From contig OX597815.1 in the NCBI GenBank assembly GCA_951406725.2, positions 143,654,001 to 143,718,000 of the forward strand: DNA of 64,000 bases, given 5' to 3'. The stretch's first letter is position 1; the number at the start of each line of letters is the position of its first letter. The stretch comes from Octopus vulgaris. Lineage: Eukaryota. The translations under genes and the position numbers were made by a program. The notes under the pieces are model-generated. The model worked only from the letters and a program-made list of their open reading frames with translations, was not told where the DNA came from and searched no databases. Positions 40,603 through 54,354 of the stretch are shown piece by piece.

Positions 40603-41240
40603 TACATACATACATACTTCAGAATGACTATCTCTAGCTTATAGTAACACGAGGACGTCTCAGTATAGTTACTCGGTGTACTAGAAATAGCAACTAAAAT
40701 GACCCTCACTAAACCCCCAACCAGTGACGTAGCAAGAAGGGAGAGTCACTGTTGGGCGCAATGTGAAAAAATGCTGAATTTTTTTTTCATTATTTAAGGA
40801 GGCATCTAAGCGTCTTTTATTTCGGGTGTTGCTAAAACCCTTGTTGTGTAGCTGACTTCTCTAATAGGTAGATAATGTAGTCGTAGATACCCCTTAAAAA
40901 AATGGAATAACCACGCTAGAATACCTTTCACCAAAGACCTGATCAATCAGGTTTTCATAATTCACACAAGACACTCGCTTGTGTGTGTGTATGTGCGTGT
41001 GCGTGTGTGCGCGCGCGCCTACTTCCTTTCTAAAATTAGTGCCCATGACAAGTTATAAGGCTTCCGAGAGCGATGGGCTTCATGAAGGAAGGTATCTGCA
41101 AACTGGAAATCTGTTACACATCTTTAGACCGAGTGAGGTGTTTAGTACCTTCGCCTAATATACACATCTACGATTCAAACATCATGTATACGCTCTATAC
41201 TGTATTTATAAACGTGTGTATAAATATGTATGTACGTACG

Positions 41241-41274
<34 letters not shown>

Positions 41275-41302
41275 GAACTCACAAAAAAATGTATGTATAT
41301 TT

Positions 41303-41364
<62 letters not shown>

Positions 41365-41384
41365 TCATACATGTATACATACAT

Positions 41385-42170
41385 ACATGGTGGCTGTCCA
41401 CCTGTGATTGAGGAAGACCGTTTCTGACCATTGTCAATGCAAAATACCAGTAGCTCCTGTGCCAGTCAGCTTCACCCGGGTTCGCGTCTGCGGCTTCCAT
41501 GCTCGCCACAGCACCCTTGATTGTCGCCTCGCCGGCGATTGCGTAACATAAAAGTTTAGGTCCAATAAGGCTTGCACATCATCTCAAAGACCCTCTCCAC
41601 TCTACAGACATGGTCCAGAGACAAGCCAGGGCAAGATATTCAGTACCAATATGGGTCGCAGTGTCAAGAATGTGGGAGCGCCATGATCCGAAGCTCAGGC
41701 AAATGATCTCCAAAATGTTTAATGCCATTCCCTGCGTATCTGGTTTTATATCAGTGACCTTCTACAGACCAACTTTAACAAAAGCTGAGGGGTGCATCAC
41801 TCCCAGTGGTCATCCAGCATGCCGGACATCAATCTGGTATTTCTGAGGACACAATGTTATTTGCTAGCTAGTCGTTGAACCTACACTAAGTTCACCCGTT
41901 CTTTTCTATCAGGTCACTTTTGAGGTCTTCCATGCATGCTACTGGTAACATGGAAGCCAGTACAACTTGTTGCATGGTCGGGTCGCCAGTGACTAAAGTG
42001 GCACCACCACTAGGCTTGCCTGGTGAGGAGGGTAGCTCAAAACCCAGTCGGACTAAAAACAAGATGTGTCAAAAGGACGAATGAACGTACAGTGTCCGAT
42101 GATGGCCAAAACTTCGGAGTCACTGTCAAACTTAGCTGGCCAAAACTTCGAAGTCATTATCAAAACTATT
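41385..42170. mobile_element. GC-richer probable retroelement (RTE-like UTR) fragment
   Basis: Complex sequence with higher GC than its flanks and no credible ORF. Motifs such as CTTGCCTGGTGAGGAGGG...AAAACCCAGTC resemble RTE untranslated regions. Confidence 0.3.
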
Positions 42171-42962
42171 CTTGTTAAAGGATAATACATTTGTACTTTA
42201 CCAAATGTAATGAGTAATCCTTCAGTTTAATGTATAACTGTATTATAACATAAAAACAAACAATATATAGAGAGAGTGGAGAGAGAAATTATATATTAAA
42301 TTAATTAAACATATGCATGTATATACACTCCCTCAGGAAATGAGAGGGACAGGGTGTATAGAATAAAATGATAAAAAAAATACAGTGAACAAGGGGTAAA
42401 TGTAATGACGCAGTTATACGATCAGTTTAGTCCAGTCTATCCTGCGTATACACAAACTATGTAAGAAATTATAAACACAGATAATTGTGCGCGCATATAT
42501 GCATACGTGTGTTTAAAGATGTATACATGTGTGCGCATGTGTGTGTTTGAATGTGTGTGTATGTATGAATGTGTGTATATGTTTGTTTGCGCGCTCGAAC
42601 AATGGCGCGTACGAGTGTGTGCATGTGTTATAGACTTCGTAATATAAACATTTTCTTAGTTTCAAATGGGGGACCACTGCCTGATTGGGTAGCAAAAGCA
42701 GCCAAATCTCCCTCAGTTCACTCTCTGACATTTGAAGGAAGTAACGAGATAGTGGATGATAGGGTCCTAACAGGGTGCGACTGAAAAATATAAGTAAAGA
42801 ATAAGACCGAGCAGTCGTGGTAGAGACGGTACTAGACGTACGTCAGGGGTTGTTCCTACCACATGTTTGTGTACGTCTGTGTACACATGTGTGTGTGTAA
42901 ATGCACAGTGACATAAACATGTGTGTATGTATATACATGTGTGCATATTTACATATGCATAT

Positions 42963-42993
<31 letters not shown>

Positions 42994-43289
42994 CACATAA
43001 ACTCCGCCAATAATCACACACACACATACATATAGGTTTCAAATTTTGGCACAAGTCCAGTAGTTTCGAAGCAAGGGAAAAGTTGATTACGATGACACCA
43101 GTGCACAACTGGTACTTATTTATCGACCCCAAAAGGATGCAAGGCTGAGTCTCAACTTCGACGATATTTGAACTCTGAACGTAAAAACGAACGAAATACC
43201 ACTAAGCATTTAGCCTACCAAACAAATGATTGTTTGCTCGTCACCTTCATATATGTGTATGTGTGTGATTGTATGTATATATGTATGTA

Positions 43290-43348
<59 letters not shown>

Positions 43349-44179
43349 GATTTTATGCGCGCGCGCGTGTGTGTGATAGTGTGTTGTTAGCTGTCAGGAC
43401 ACTGCATTCTTCAAGAATTCCATGCTTCCCGAAATTCGCCAACACTAGTCTTCGCGTCGTGCCTGTGCACCCTTTCCTCTTTATTGCTCTTTTACTGTTC
43501 ACTTGTGTTTTATTGTCTTTCATCCTGTGTACTCTGCATGCACGTTTGGCTATCACTGCTGCTTTTATTTACATGACTTATTAATGCTTTCTGATCCGTC
43601 TTTTACCCTCTACCGACGAGTTCTATAGTGAACCTTAAGCACTCTATAAAATAAACCTCATGAAAAACTCCAAACAAACTGAACACTGTCTTTGTAGTGT
43701 CCCTCTTATCTGATGCCCCTGCGGCAAATAAAAGAAACCATCATCATCATAACTTTTATTATTATTTAATAGATTTCAACGTGTAATCATGTGTATGTAT
43801 ATATATATATATATACGTACATACATACATTTGTGTATGTGTGTGAGTGAAATATTGTCACATATTTGCTTATATAAAATACATGTATGTGATCGTATAT
43901 AGATACAATATAAATAAATGTATACACACACACATATAATTACATACATGTAATTTTGTTCACTGAGTTATAAATTTATATGTATATATATATAAATATA
44001 TATATATTTCGTTGTGTGTTTAAAATTATTCTTTGGAATTTGTATTGATTGCTTTGATGTGTTTCTTCTATAATTTTCCTTAACCTACACATACATATAT
44101 AATCATATGAACATTCCTATGTGTGTGTATAAACATGCACACATACATAGACGCGTGCATATATATGTGCATTTACACC

Positions 44180-44220
<41 letters not shown>

Positions 44221-45096
44221 CTATGTATGTGTAGAGACCCATAAACATACACACTCATGCAAAGAAATCTTTAATTATATACACGTACCTATGTATATAA
44301 CTCATGCGTGTATGTCTGTGCGCGCGCGCGAGCGTGTATGTATGTGCGCGTGTGCGTGTGTGTACAATGAAGGAGAGAGATGGGGGAGAGACAGGCAGAA
44401 GATACACATGGACGGTAGCATGTCGAAATGATAAAAACTTAGGCTAAAACCATCAGTAGTTTTTGTGTTCGATCTCACTGCGGTAGCATGTGAGGCATGC
44501 GAATTCTATCATAGTATCGAAGGAGCCAGGTCTTGTGGGTGGAGCTGGGCAAACGGAAGCTGTTTGGATGCCTGCAGGGTGGACGACGACAACTAGAATT
44601 CAAAAAGGCCAAGTCTGTCAGTTTGTCACGCTCATTTTATTCTCTGTTACGGAAAAATGTGTTTGAAGAATACTCGACTACGTAGACACTATTTTTATGA
44701 GATATTTCTTACTGTTCGGTTCAAGTGATCGAACAGTTAAGACATTCACTGTCGCACTTGTCCAAGATCCATTTGGTTTTTAATTTGAGAACATTATATG
44801 AATACACACACACACACACACTATACAACATATTCCTATATAAATACAAATATTTCTATACGCAAACTCTCATATATATGTACATAGATAGAGACAGACA
44901 GCCAGACAGATAGATAGATGCCCATATACGTACAGAATTATACATACATACATATATATATGTTGAGTATACATTGTCTGGGAGGCTCTTCTTATAGTAG
45001 AGGAAATAGCTAAATTCTTTGGCTGCTATTTCTAAAAGTTCGGTGCGTGGTAAAGTAAATTTTTTTGCTGAACCCTAATTATATAAAGTAATGTTT

Positions 45097-45143
<47 letters not shown>

Positions 45144-45631
45144 ACATTCACAGTGTGTATGTGTGCTCTAACCAGAGACTGGCCACGCTGGGGCGGGGTG
45201 GGGGTGTTTCATAGTTTGTTCCGTTTTATTTCCACGGCCCTGTTTCCGTGTTGGTTTCTGGTGAACCGTGCCTGACTAAGTCGCGCTCATTTGTGTTTCT
45301 TTGTGTGAATGGAACTCATTTGTTATCTCAGATACTTCACAAAATAATCCATATTTACGCCTCGCAGATCTTCCGGGTTGTTTAGCAAGATATTGAAAAA
45401 CTGAGCCGTAGGACCCTAAGCTGTTACAATATTGGGCCCTCACTCTAGATGGAAAGGGTGGAGCCTTTGGTATTTATGCTGTGGCATCCAGTTTCCTGGA
45501 TGGGTATACTTTACAATTCCAAAGTTAGGTGCTTAGACCCTCCAGGATCTCTTTTTAAATGTATCAATGCATATCAAAGCGAAAATGATTAAGACGTCTT
45601 TATAATTCTTGTTAGAGTTTGAAACCACCAC

Positions 45632-45670
<39 letters not shown>

Positions 45671-46071
45671 GATGGATGGATGAATGCATGTCAGTCTATG
45701 TGTGTAATGTATACATGAATATATATTTTCACATACTTACATATATACCTATGTTTGTATATATGTGTAAAAAAATATATATATATTCACACATAAATAT
45801 ATGCATATATACATATACACGTACTGGCCATAATCAGTGACTACATTATATATATATATATATATATAACGATTGCAGCATTGAAGGTACATATTAATCA
45901 TTCAGAAACACAAAGACCGTTAACTTCACTTAAACATTTATTTGTTATATATGGTGTCAAAATTTATCGTCGCGCCAAACTGCGACTTGGTCTGGCAAGT
46001 AAGCATAGAGATACACATATATATATACGTACAGATGCACACACACACAGATACACAAGCACACACATATA

Positions 46072-46490
46072 TTGCCTCGCCTGTTCCTATCCTCGTTGCT
46101 GGGAGTCGGGTACAATGGACAACATGCAACATCTCCATCCCTCGATTCCTGTGCCTGGTTATGATATTGCGCATTATTGCCAGAGGTTTTTCCGGTCCAT
46201 CATCCAACCAGTGTCTTCTGGGCTTTCCCCCGTCCCCTATCCTCCTAACTTCCCACTGACTCTAGGATGTGGATGCGGAGGTTCTGAGCCCTGATGACAT
46301 GCCTAAAATACTGCAGCTTTCTTTTTCCTGGCAGTTGCTTCTATCCGTTCCCATTTCATTAAGCACTGACTCGTTTGTTCGATGGTCAGTTCAGCTGATT
46401 CTCAGTACTCTCAGGTAGGACGTGGCTATGAACGCTTTGGATTTAGCAATAGGGCCCAGCTATCACATCCATGCGGTGCAATAGACTAAA
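46072..46490 (-). mobile_element. RTE (BovB-like) LINE 3' fragment
   Basis: Minus-strand translation LRVLRIS*TDHRTNESVLNEMG...KRKLQYFRHVIRAQNL...RGRGKPRRHWLDD. Confidence 0.8.
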
Positions 46491-46708
46491 CTAGTATGTG
46501 TATGAATATTTAATCCTCTAAGAATTCGTAAATCAGGAAAAAAAAAAAACTAGGCATTCATGTATTTGTCAATAGAGCGTATCCATATTTATAGTATATG
46601 TATATACATACACATACCTATACCTTTATACACATATTTGCAATAATAGATAAATACACACATCACACACACATATATAATGTATTACATATATAGAGGG
46701 AAAGAGAT

Positions 46709-46762
<54 letters not shown>

Positions 46763-48735
46763 TTATACGTCGGCATTTATTATTTTTAAAGTAATTTTCA
46801 ACACAGCAGAACGTTTTATGGGGAGACTATGCTAAACGCATAGTTGAATTAGTTTATAAATGTTCCAATAACTGAGGTTTCAAGCCACCTGGCGAAACGT
46901 AATGCCAATCTCAACGAAATTTACAGCTTATACATACATACACATTTGCCTATGTAATGTGCATTTACGTATGTATCTATAGATATGTATATGCACACCT
47001 TATCACGCACATATATAACTTGTTTTCAAGTCATCACATGGATGTTCAAATATTATAGGAAACTCGATTGTTGTTGATGGTGAATTATTGATAGCACGTA
47101 TGTATAATCAAATGTGAACTGGTTATAATAAACAAGCTATAAATGTATAGAAAGATGGTTTGGTTAAGACAAAAAATAATTGCATAACTGAGAGTATAAA
47201 CAGTCAAAAGTTGGCAGTGTCTACATTATACGTTGTTTTTGTGTGCACACGGTACCTTGTCTGACATGTATACACACAGATAATGTATATATATATATAT
47301 ATATGAACAGGCAATCAACTCTTGTTCAGTTGTAAACCAATATTTTACAAGCAGTAAAAATGACTAAAATGAATAAATACTGTAAAAATAATAAATAACA
47401 ATGTTTCTGTCTGTAGTGTCAGTAGGAGTGCGTGCGTGTTGATGCGCGTGTGTTTATGCCAGTTGTAATGTACGTATGTAATGTGTGAACTATGGTATTA
47501 CTGTATTTATACATCTGTGATATTCCAACATGTATGTATACTGTTATTCTCTTGTAATGTGATGTTTATAACTCTTGCGTTTTACACATCTGTGTGACAT
47601 GAGTGTGTCTGTGTGCCCGTGGTGTGTATGCCAATGCGTAGTGATTAAGTACGTTACCGTGTATGTATATATATATATATATCTGTGGTATAATTATATA
47701 TGTGCTTGTGTGTGTACTTGTGATATGTATGTATATAATTGTGTAAGTGTGTTTATGCATGTCTGTGATGTAAGTATACGTGTGTGTGACAAAACTAAAC
47801 GTAAGCAAGGTGTGTATATTCGTGTTTGTAACTGTGTTTAAGTGTCTACGATCTGTACGCACATAACTGACAATGTAAATTGTACGTGTAACACTGTATA
47901 TAATAGTGTATATCTGTGTACGGGTGTATATTATGTACATATGTGTTCGTGTTTTAATGTATGTTTGCGACGTGTGTGCATTTCTGTATTTTTATATTGT
48001 GTGCCTGCAATTATATATAGGATGTATAGCTGTGTTTATGTATGTAATTGAATGTGTGTCAGTATGTTTATGTAAATAATGGTTTGTACGCATGTGTGTG
48101 AGAGCGAAACTATGTAATTGTGTTGTATAAAATTGTATTAATAAAATCTTGTATAAAAAGAATTTTTTGTGTAAATATGAAACTATCTTTACAATTGTAA
48201 GGTTTATAACTGTCCGTAAGCGTGTATATGTATTGTGTGTAGTCGTTTAAGTCTATGGGTATATATAACTGTTTGTGTAAGTATAAGTGTGTATATAACT
48301 GATTGTATGAGTCTAAGTGTGTATATAAATGTTTGTATGAGTCTATATGTGTACGTAACTCAGTAAGACGAAAAGAACAACGACTGGAAGAGGGCAGGAG
48401 GAATGGGGCGGGAGTGATTCGGGTGAATGAGTCAGGGACGTGGGAGGCGCGGGAGGAGTAGAGATAATAAAAAAAAGATGCGTATGGGGTGGGAGACGGG
48501 AAGAAAAATGTGATGGGAGGGTTTGCCAGGATAGAAATTGGTGGTGGCAGGAGGGGGGTAGAAGTGATGAGTGGACAGGGAATGGAATGAGGAGCAAAAA
48601 TTCAAAACAAAACATAACAGCAAAACATGAATAAAGAAATATTACAGGTAAAAAAAAAAAAACTGTTTTTTTCCCCCTTTCCCCCACCCTCTCTCCGCCG
48701 TTGTACCTCCCTTAAATCAATCATTATTGACTTAC

Positions 48736-49308
48736 CGCAGTGGTGTAAGGTGGACCAGACAGATCGATCTCATCTCGAACAAGTTTGTCACGGATAATAT
48801 GTTTTAACTGTATCTTGGGGTAAGTCAACAACGCAGACTTGCCATCTTCATAATCATTGGGCAGACGACGGGAAGAATGGATCGGTTCGTTTGTGGAACA
48901 ATCTCCGCTGTGATCGCCGTTGTTGCCACCACCAATACCACTACCACTACCACCACCCAGACACACCAAACCACCAGTTCTATGGTAGGTGCTATCTGTG
49001 TTGTTAGCGGTGGTGGTACAAGCCACATGTCCATGACCGTCTACTATACTAGCAGCCACACCAATATCATTGTTGGGTTTTTCGAGGGTAAAATAAACGG
49101 CCGTTCCACCTTGTTCACGAAGAATTCTCACAGCATCCAAGATTCGCTGGCGATGTTCCTGTTTGAAGACTCCTATGGCGTCCAAGTCGGGATCGCCGAT
49201 CTGTTTGCAAATTTCCAGATCATCGTAACCATTATCCAAGAAGGCTTGTGTGTAGTGCACCAGATTCAAAGAACGCAGCCAATCTGTAACTATGTTCCAG
49301 TCGGCCAT
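48736..49308 (-). CDS. SAMD5: SAM-domain coding exon, SAMD5-like (probable first coding exon of a SAMD5/SASH1/SKIP-family gene)
   Basis: NIVTDWLRSLNLVHYTQAFLDNGYDDLEICKQIGDPDLDAIGV...YFTLE and YPKIQLKHIIRDKLVRDEIDLSGPPY match both conserved blocks of vertebrate SAMD5. Donor GCG|GTAAGT (phase 0, 191 codons). An acceptor-like TTCCTTGCCTTTAG lies 3 nt before the ATG, giving an exon start at 49311. Unspliced, the ORF ends VSQ* at 48724. Confidence 0.93.
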
Positions 49309-50019
49309 ATCCTAAAGGCAAGGAAATACCACACATACACAAGACACACACCTCTGCTGCTTTCACTCATACACAACATATATAGCTATATGTAGATGTA
49401 TGTAAATATATATATATATATATACAGAGATAGAGAGATAAAGGCATATAAATATTTATATATTTATATGTATTTTTTTATATATCTATATATACACACA
49501 CATACGCTCTCACGCGCGTATACAAATTAACTCAATCACGCACCTAGGTGAAAATACATGTATACACAGAAATATATTTACAAGCTATAGAGGAAGAGTA
49601 CTCACACAAACACATGTATATTAATTAACACACACTCGCATACAGAGAGATAGATAGACCGACTAGGAGACCAAACCAGACGAAAGCTGCTTCCTTCGTT
49701 AAGAACTTTAGATACATAGATATACAGAGGAGGAAAAAAAGAGAGAGGAGCTGGTGGTGGTGGCTGTGGTGGTGGTGGTGGTAGTGGTGGTGGCAGCGGG
49801 TATGGATTCCTCGGTTTGGTGTCTTGTTGGTATCCACTCACAGAATAATTTTGTATTCCTCCTGTACTATTCCATCTTTACGGCATGTATGTGTGTGTGT
49901 ATATATATATACATATAATATATATATATATTATGTTTATGTATGTATATATATATTCACACAAATCTGTTTTGATTATATGTATGTGTATGTATATATA
50001 TATATGTTATATATATATC

Positions 50020-50340
50020 CTTTACGTCGAAGCTGCTGCTGTTGTTGTTGTTTGTGTTCTTTTTGTTGTGTGTGTGCCCCCCCTTACGGAGCCTACACCG
50101 AGCTGAGTTCCATTCCAGCTAGCAGGACTCCTCGAACTACAGTAAGCTTGCCTGCCGAACACACGCACACGCGCGCGCACATTGATACGTACACATACAC
50201 TAGAAAGAGGTGCAGCTACTCTAACGCATTAGTATATACATTGACACACACACGCACACGCAAGAAGGGGAGGAGGAAGAGTAAGACCAAGAGAGAGAGA
50301 GTGAGAGAGCTGCGGTGACGTTTGGCGTGTTAACATAGCT
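50020..50340 (-). promoter_or_regulatory. Putative promoter/5'UTR region of the SAM exon
   Basis: CpG-rich unique sequence with CA/GA tracts 0.7-1 kb upstream of the ATG. Candidate 5'UTR donor GTGAGT at 49605-49600. Confidence 0.3.
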
Positions 50341-51503
50341 TATACTCTGCCTTTTCCCCTTTCCCTTTTTTTCAGTCTTTCGTTTCTTTTTCCTCTCTTA
50401 TACTCCTCATACTTTCCTCTCTGTATCATCTCCTCCCCCGACTCTTTTTGCTTATTAATGTTGCTGTTGATGCTGATGCTCTTACTGCTGTCGTACACCA
50501 CTTCAACCTCCCCTTTCACTATTCTTTCTTTCTTCCTCTTATTTTCTCCTCCCTTGCCTTGCTCCCCTTCCTCTCCAAACTCCTTCTGATGCTGAATTCC
50601 TCTCTCAGTTTTCTTTGCTTATGGTTTCTTTATCAGGCCCTCTCACAATACCCCAACGGCCTGCCACTCCAGTGATGTTTGCAGTAGTAGCAGTAGCACG
50701 GCTAATAGTAGTATTAGTAGTAAAGACAGTAATAGTAGTAGCAGCAGTAATAACCTCTAGCTGTGAGATGAGGATGGCGATGGCAACGACAGTAAGAAAA
50801 TGAAGGGGAGGATTGAGATTTAGATAAGCGAGGGGGAATGTGAGCAGAGTAGGAGGAAGCAATGTGAGGGAGGTAGAGAATAGCAATATAGTGACGTAAT
50901 ATGGGAGATAGGAGAAAGTACCTGGGTCAGAAAGAGAGGGTGAGGAAGAAAGATGTTTAAAGAAATAGTAAAAGTTATTGAGAGAGTGTGTACGTAGCTA
51001 GCAGACGAGAAGGGAGAAAGATAAGTAAAGGGTTTAGAGTAAGAGACAGAAAGAAACAAAGAGGGTAGATGGGAGAGATGAGTGTGCAAGAAAATGTATG
51101 AAAGAGTAAGATAGAGAGAGAGAGAGAGAGAGAGACATAGAGAAAATGAGAGCGTGTGTATATGTTTATATTCGCAGATAACATGAGGAAAGGAAACAAT
51201 GTGGATGTTTGTATGGATATGTGTGTGTATGTGTGTGTGCGTCTGTGTATGTGTAAGGAACACGGATAAAGAAAGTGTACGGAAGGCGAATAAAGTAAAA
51301 AGAGTAAGGGTTAATGAGAGAGGTGTAAGGGAAGCATGAGGGGGAGAAGAGGAGAGAAGGAGATAGTGAAAAGGGTGTATGGAAGAGTGAGAGGAATAAT
51401 CGAGTAATGATGGAAAAAGAGTAGAGAGTAGTGAAAGACAGGGTGGATGTAGGGGAGGGGTGTAGAGGAAGAGGCTAATTAGCTGTACATACACGCATGT
51501 ATG

Positions 51504-51540
<37 letters not shown>

Positions 51541-51600
51541 GTGAATGGACAAACGGAAGGACGCTCAAGAGTACCAACGAATTTGAATGAAACTGTTTTG

Positions 51601-51649
51601 ATCCATATATATATATATATATACATACATACATACATACATACATACA

Positions 51650-51681
<32 letters not shown>

Positions 51682-51736
51682 CACATACACTTGCATGGGT
51701 GTGTGTGTATATATATATATGTATGTATAAATAGAT

Positions 51737-51777
<41 letters not shown>

Positions 51778-51799
51778 CATACATACATACATACATACA

Positions 51800-51831
<32 letters not shown>

Positions 51832-51882
51832 CACATACACTTGCATGGGTGTGTATATATAATATATGTATGTATAAATAGA
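51601..51882. repeat. Tandem duplication of an approximately 135-148 bp microsatellite-containing unit
   Basis: ATCC(AT)n(ACAT)nATACACATACACTTGCATGGGTGTGT...GTATGTATAAATAG occurs twice in tandem. Confidence 0.85.
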
Positions 51883-52177
51883 TAGATACATACATACATA
51901 CACATAAATTGCTTGACTGATTGATTGCTTGCTTGATTGATTGATTAATTGATTGATTGATTGATACGAACATACATGCATGTATATGCACATAGTTACA
52001 CACATGCACATGCGTGTACGCGCAAGCACACGCGCACGCATACACCCGTGTGCGCGATCCGAACTATAACAATTTCTTGCTCAAACAACATCCACCACCA
52101 CCACCACCACAGATTCTACTACTATTACTATCACTACCACAACGACAGCTACTGCTACCACTGCTGCTACTACTACA

Positions 52178-52237
<60 letters not shown>

Positions 52238-52683
52238 ACTACTACTACTACTACTACTCCTTATTCTGGTCTTGTGTAGCTATCTTGTATAACAATGTGC
52301 CAGAGGTACGCTAATGAAGTATTGAGCAGCATGTTGATTTCTTGAGCCCTCCATTGAGATCTTGTTGAGGATTGTTAATAATATTGGGACTCTTGCTTGC
52401 CTGGGATCTTTCTGTGAATTTTTGATATCATTCGGGGATTGTTCATTGCCCGAGTTGTTTATGTAGGTCTTATATGTCATCGCGACTTTTGGTTGTCTTT
52501 GATATTTAATTGTTTAATACCACCAATCGAGCTATACTAGCTAGTTGTTGCAATAGTAAGTATACATAGTGAACCATTAGATATAATAATGGCACTCTAA
52601 GACAGTTCCTTGTGGTACTCAGCATGGGATGCTCCACTAAGAATAGTTGACTGCAATAGTTTGGTTCCTTTCTTTTAAGAAAT

Positions 52684-53149
52684 AGTTAAGTTAAGTTAAG
52701 TTAATTTTTTGGCTCAAAAAGCAAAAAGCAAGGCCATGTAGGGGGACATGGAGTTATGTACAGGGAGGGTGTTCATGCAAAGAGTTCAGGCCATTTCTGG
52801 TCAAGAGAGACTTTGAACCGAGCGGTCGTCGGCATCTTCACTATCTCGTCCGGCAGCTTATTCCACGGATCCGCAACCCGGACGGAGAAAGCCCCTCTCC
52901 TTCAATTGAGATGAAATCGTCGCAGATAGAGCTTTTCGGAGTGACCCCGCAGCCGACGCTCTGGAGCAGGAGTGAAGAACAGCTCTTTCGAGAGGTTACA
53001 CTTTCCGCTTATGATGCTGTGAGCAAGAATGAGATCACCACGGCGTCGTCGTTTTTCTAGAGAATAAAAGTCGAGCGTCTTCAGCCTTTCTTCATAAGAC
53101 AAATGCTTGAGATCAAGAACCATGCGGGTAGCCAGCTTCTGGACCATTC
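52684..53149 (-). mobile_element. Younger 5'-truncated CR1 LINE
   Basis: VQKLATRMV..LKHLSYEERLKTL..YSLEKRRRRGDLI...LRGHSEKL...*RRGAFSVRVADPWNKLP...FKVSLD (stop at 52773), short 3'UTR and (TTAAC)n tail. Confidence 0.9.
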
Positions 53150-53221
53150 TAGTTTTCCTGCTTTACGGAAATTACATAAGTTGAGGCCTATTCTCTCACA
53201 GTCAACGTTCTGGAAAAAATC

Positions 53222-53439
53222 TGTAGAACGACCGGGCGAAAAGGAGATGGTGACGAATGAATGACTCCTTTAAATACCGCACAGTCGCCTTACAATAAAA
53301 GCCAAAATATGGATGAATGAATAAGAGTGCCAAAAGGAATAAGGAATAAGGACAAAGCCGTAGAATGTTTAAGAGAAAGGTTTTATTTAGATGTTAACAT
53401 GTGAGTAGCAGAGTGTGTCTATGAGTCCGACATAAGTAC

Positions 53440-53490
<51 letters not shown>

Positions 53491-54195
53491 GACAATAGAC
53501 AGGCCGTCTTGCATACATAATGTGTGTACAAACAAAGGTGTATGCGTGTGAGATAAAATACAGAGCAATAGAAAGAGTCTATAACAGGACGCTATAAGTT
53601 CAGACACAAGATGGAGATAAATACCAGTTCGTAGTAATGAACGTAATTGTTGGAATTCTATACAAGAGGTTGAGATCACAAGGCAGAACCGGTTACTACG
53701 CGTGTAGAGGTTGTGGTTTCTATGCTGTGCCGGGTTATTTGGTACAGAAGGTTCTCGCAGGTAGACTTGAGTATTCACAAACAGCGTGAAGTTAAACCTA
53801 GGCGAATGTTGCTGTCGTCGATAAGATAAGGGCGACGGTGGTGAAGGTCCTCAAATGCTGCTAGTGTTGGTGTCGCAGTCACTGGAACTGGCTGACTGTC
53901 GCTGGAACATGGCCGTGTCGCTGGGTGCTCTGTGGTCAGCGGTGAGGACCAAAGACAAATTACGGTTTGTTGATCTAGCTTTTAAAGGGATTAGTGGGCT
54001 CCAGAAGAGAACCTAGAAGACTGTGTCACGGGACCTTATCAGAAGGCTGCGATTGGTTGGCTTACACATTGGCGCAAAATAAAGCAAAATACAAACTGCA
54101 CCAAAACCAATCAATCAGAGTAGTGGACACAACCGGGCTTAAGCGGCCGAAGGCTAACTGTTATCTGCTACGTCCGTATTTGTGTTATATATGTC

Positions 54196-54264
<69 letters not shown>

Positions 54265-54286
54265 TTTACACTAAGGATCCGCTACA
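53222..54286 (-). mobile_element. Solo LTR (Gypsy-like, 4-bp TSD)
   Basis: Termini TGTAG...CTACA (5-bp inverted repeat, TG..CA); TSD AATC at 53218-53221 and 54287-54290. On the minus strand, CCAAT (54056), TTTAAAAG (53986) and AATAAA (53387) occur in U3-R-U5 order. Confidence 0.8.
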
Positions 54287-54354
54287 AATCCTTGCCAAGT
54301 CCAACTCTACAACATCAGTGTTTGAGTGACAATATAATTTACTTAACTTACAAT

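Larger units (their letters stand above)
52480..54340 (-). pseudogene. Old CR1/L2-type reverse transcriptase remnant split into three pieces by nested insertions
   Basis: SNTDVVELDLAR (about 54326-54290), FQNVDCERIGLNLCNFRKAGKLEW (53221-53144) and FLKERNQTIAVNYS...VPQGTVL-PLL (52682-52585) are collinear with the RT motifs DVIYLDFAKAFDKVDH, GKL.EW..FL..R and GVPQGTVLGPLL. Confidence 0.75.

Noticed and set aside
48825-49395. Overlapping ORFs (172 aa plus strand; 69 aa alternative frame)
   Set aside because: Shadow frames of the SAM exon.
49602-49841. Pro-rich ORF upstream of the SAM exon
   Set aside because: The poly-Pro comes from a (CCA)n microsatellite and has no homology; more likely 5'UTR or a uORF.
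50820-51905. 361-aa ORF and the many YI/CV/HT/MYVC-rich ORFs across the window
   Set aside because: These are translations of stop-free (TA)n, (CA)n, (CATA)n and (GA)n microsatellites, with no domain or splice logic.
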